This document shows positions 31,515-32,000 of a stretch of 32,000 nt of DNA, piece after piece. Position 1 is the stretch's first letter; each line of letters begins with the position of its first letter. Location of the stretch: positions 2,010,001 to 2,042,000 of the forward strand of contig NZ_LN831039.1 of NCBI RefSeq assembly GCF_001457595.1, given 5' to 3'. This DNA is from Mycolicibacterium smegmatis. GTDB taxonomy: Bacteria; Actinomycetota; Actinomycetes; Mycobacteriales; Mycobacteriaceae. Both the position numbers and the translations under genes were made by a program. The notes under the pieces are model-generated. The model saw only the letters and a program-made list of their open reading frames with translations, was not told the origin of the DNA and did no database searches.

Positions 31515-32000
31515 ATGGCTTCTGATTCGTCCGCATCCCAGGTGGTCATCTGCAATCCGCTCCGTACCCCGGTCGGGCGGATGGGCGGTGTGCTCGCCGC
31601 ACTGACCGCCGCCGACCTCGCGACGTCGACGCTGCGCGAACTCGCGACGCGGACCGGCCTCGGTGAAGGGGACATCGACGACGTCGTCCTCGGCCACGGC
31701 TACCCGAGCGGCGAGGCACCGGCCATCGGGCGCATCGCCGCGCTCGACGCCGGTCTCGGCACCGCTGTGCCCGGCCTGCAGCTCGACCGCCGCTGCGGAT
31801 CGGGTCTGCAGGCCGTGCTGTACGCCGCCGGGCAGGTCGCCACGGGAGCGGCCGGTGTGGTCGTGGCCGGCGGCGCCGAGTCGATGTCGAACGTCGAGCA
31901 CTACGCCCTCGGCCTGCGCACCGGTGTCCGCCAGGGCGGTGTGGCGCTGCACGACCGGCTCGACCGGGCACGTGAAACCGCAAGTGGCACAAGCCATCCC
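31515..32000 (+). CDS. Thiolase / acetyl-CoA acetyltransferase, N-terminal part, truncated by the right edge
   Basis: Hand-translated: MASDSSASQVVICNPLRTPVGRMGGVLAALTAADLATSTLREL...GQ..LDRRCGSGLQAVLYAAGQVATGAAGVVVAGGAESMSNVEHY; nucleophile Cys in RRCGSGLQA. Not listed in the ORF track. Confidence 0.93.
   Translation, partial: MASDSSASQVVICNPLRTPVGRMGGVLAALTAADLATSTLRELATRTGLGEGDIDDVVLGHGYPSGEAPAIGRIAALDAGLGTAVPGLQLDRRCGSGLQAVLYAAGQVATGAAGVVVAGGAESMSNVEHYALGLRTGVRQGGVALHDRLDRARETASGTSHP

Overview
The window is high-GC actinobacterial DNA. Gene content and order (tmk-mtrA-mtrB-lpqB-comF-like-hpf-secA ... desA3-rsgA/aroA) match a mycobacterial chromosome, probably a fast-growing species close to Mycolicibacterium smegmatis; the species is an inference. 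Most of the window, from about 5.7 kb onward, is conserved housekeeping sequence. The most unusual part is the left end, a minus-strand four-gene cassette. It has an extended WXG100 protein (289 aa), a short WXG100 protein (102 aa), and a 1265-aa protein whose N-terminus resembles the CpnT channel/secretion domain and whose C-terminus is not TNT-like. The fourth gene, absent from the supplied ORF track, starts at 629 and stays open to base 1. It encodes a tandem SseB-like protein placed where an immunity protein would be. This looks like a CpnT-type (ESX/T7SS) polymorphic toxin locus with a swapped effector end. Other points of interest are a near-identical 34-nt operator-like element in front of both desA3 and its ferredoxin-reductase partner, an AT-rich dyad between divergent lysR and thiolase genes, a strong 17-bp-arm terminator-like hairpin, and a WS/DGAT-family protein with a degenerate HHxxxDG motif. 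No tRNA, rRNA, CRISPR or transposase was recognised.
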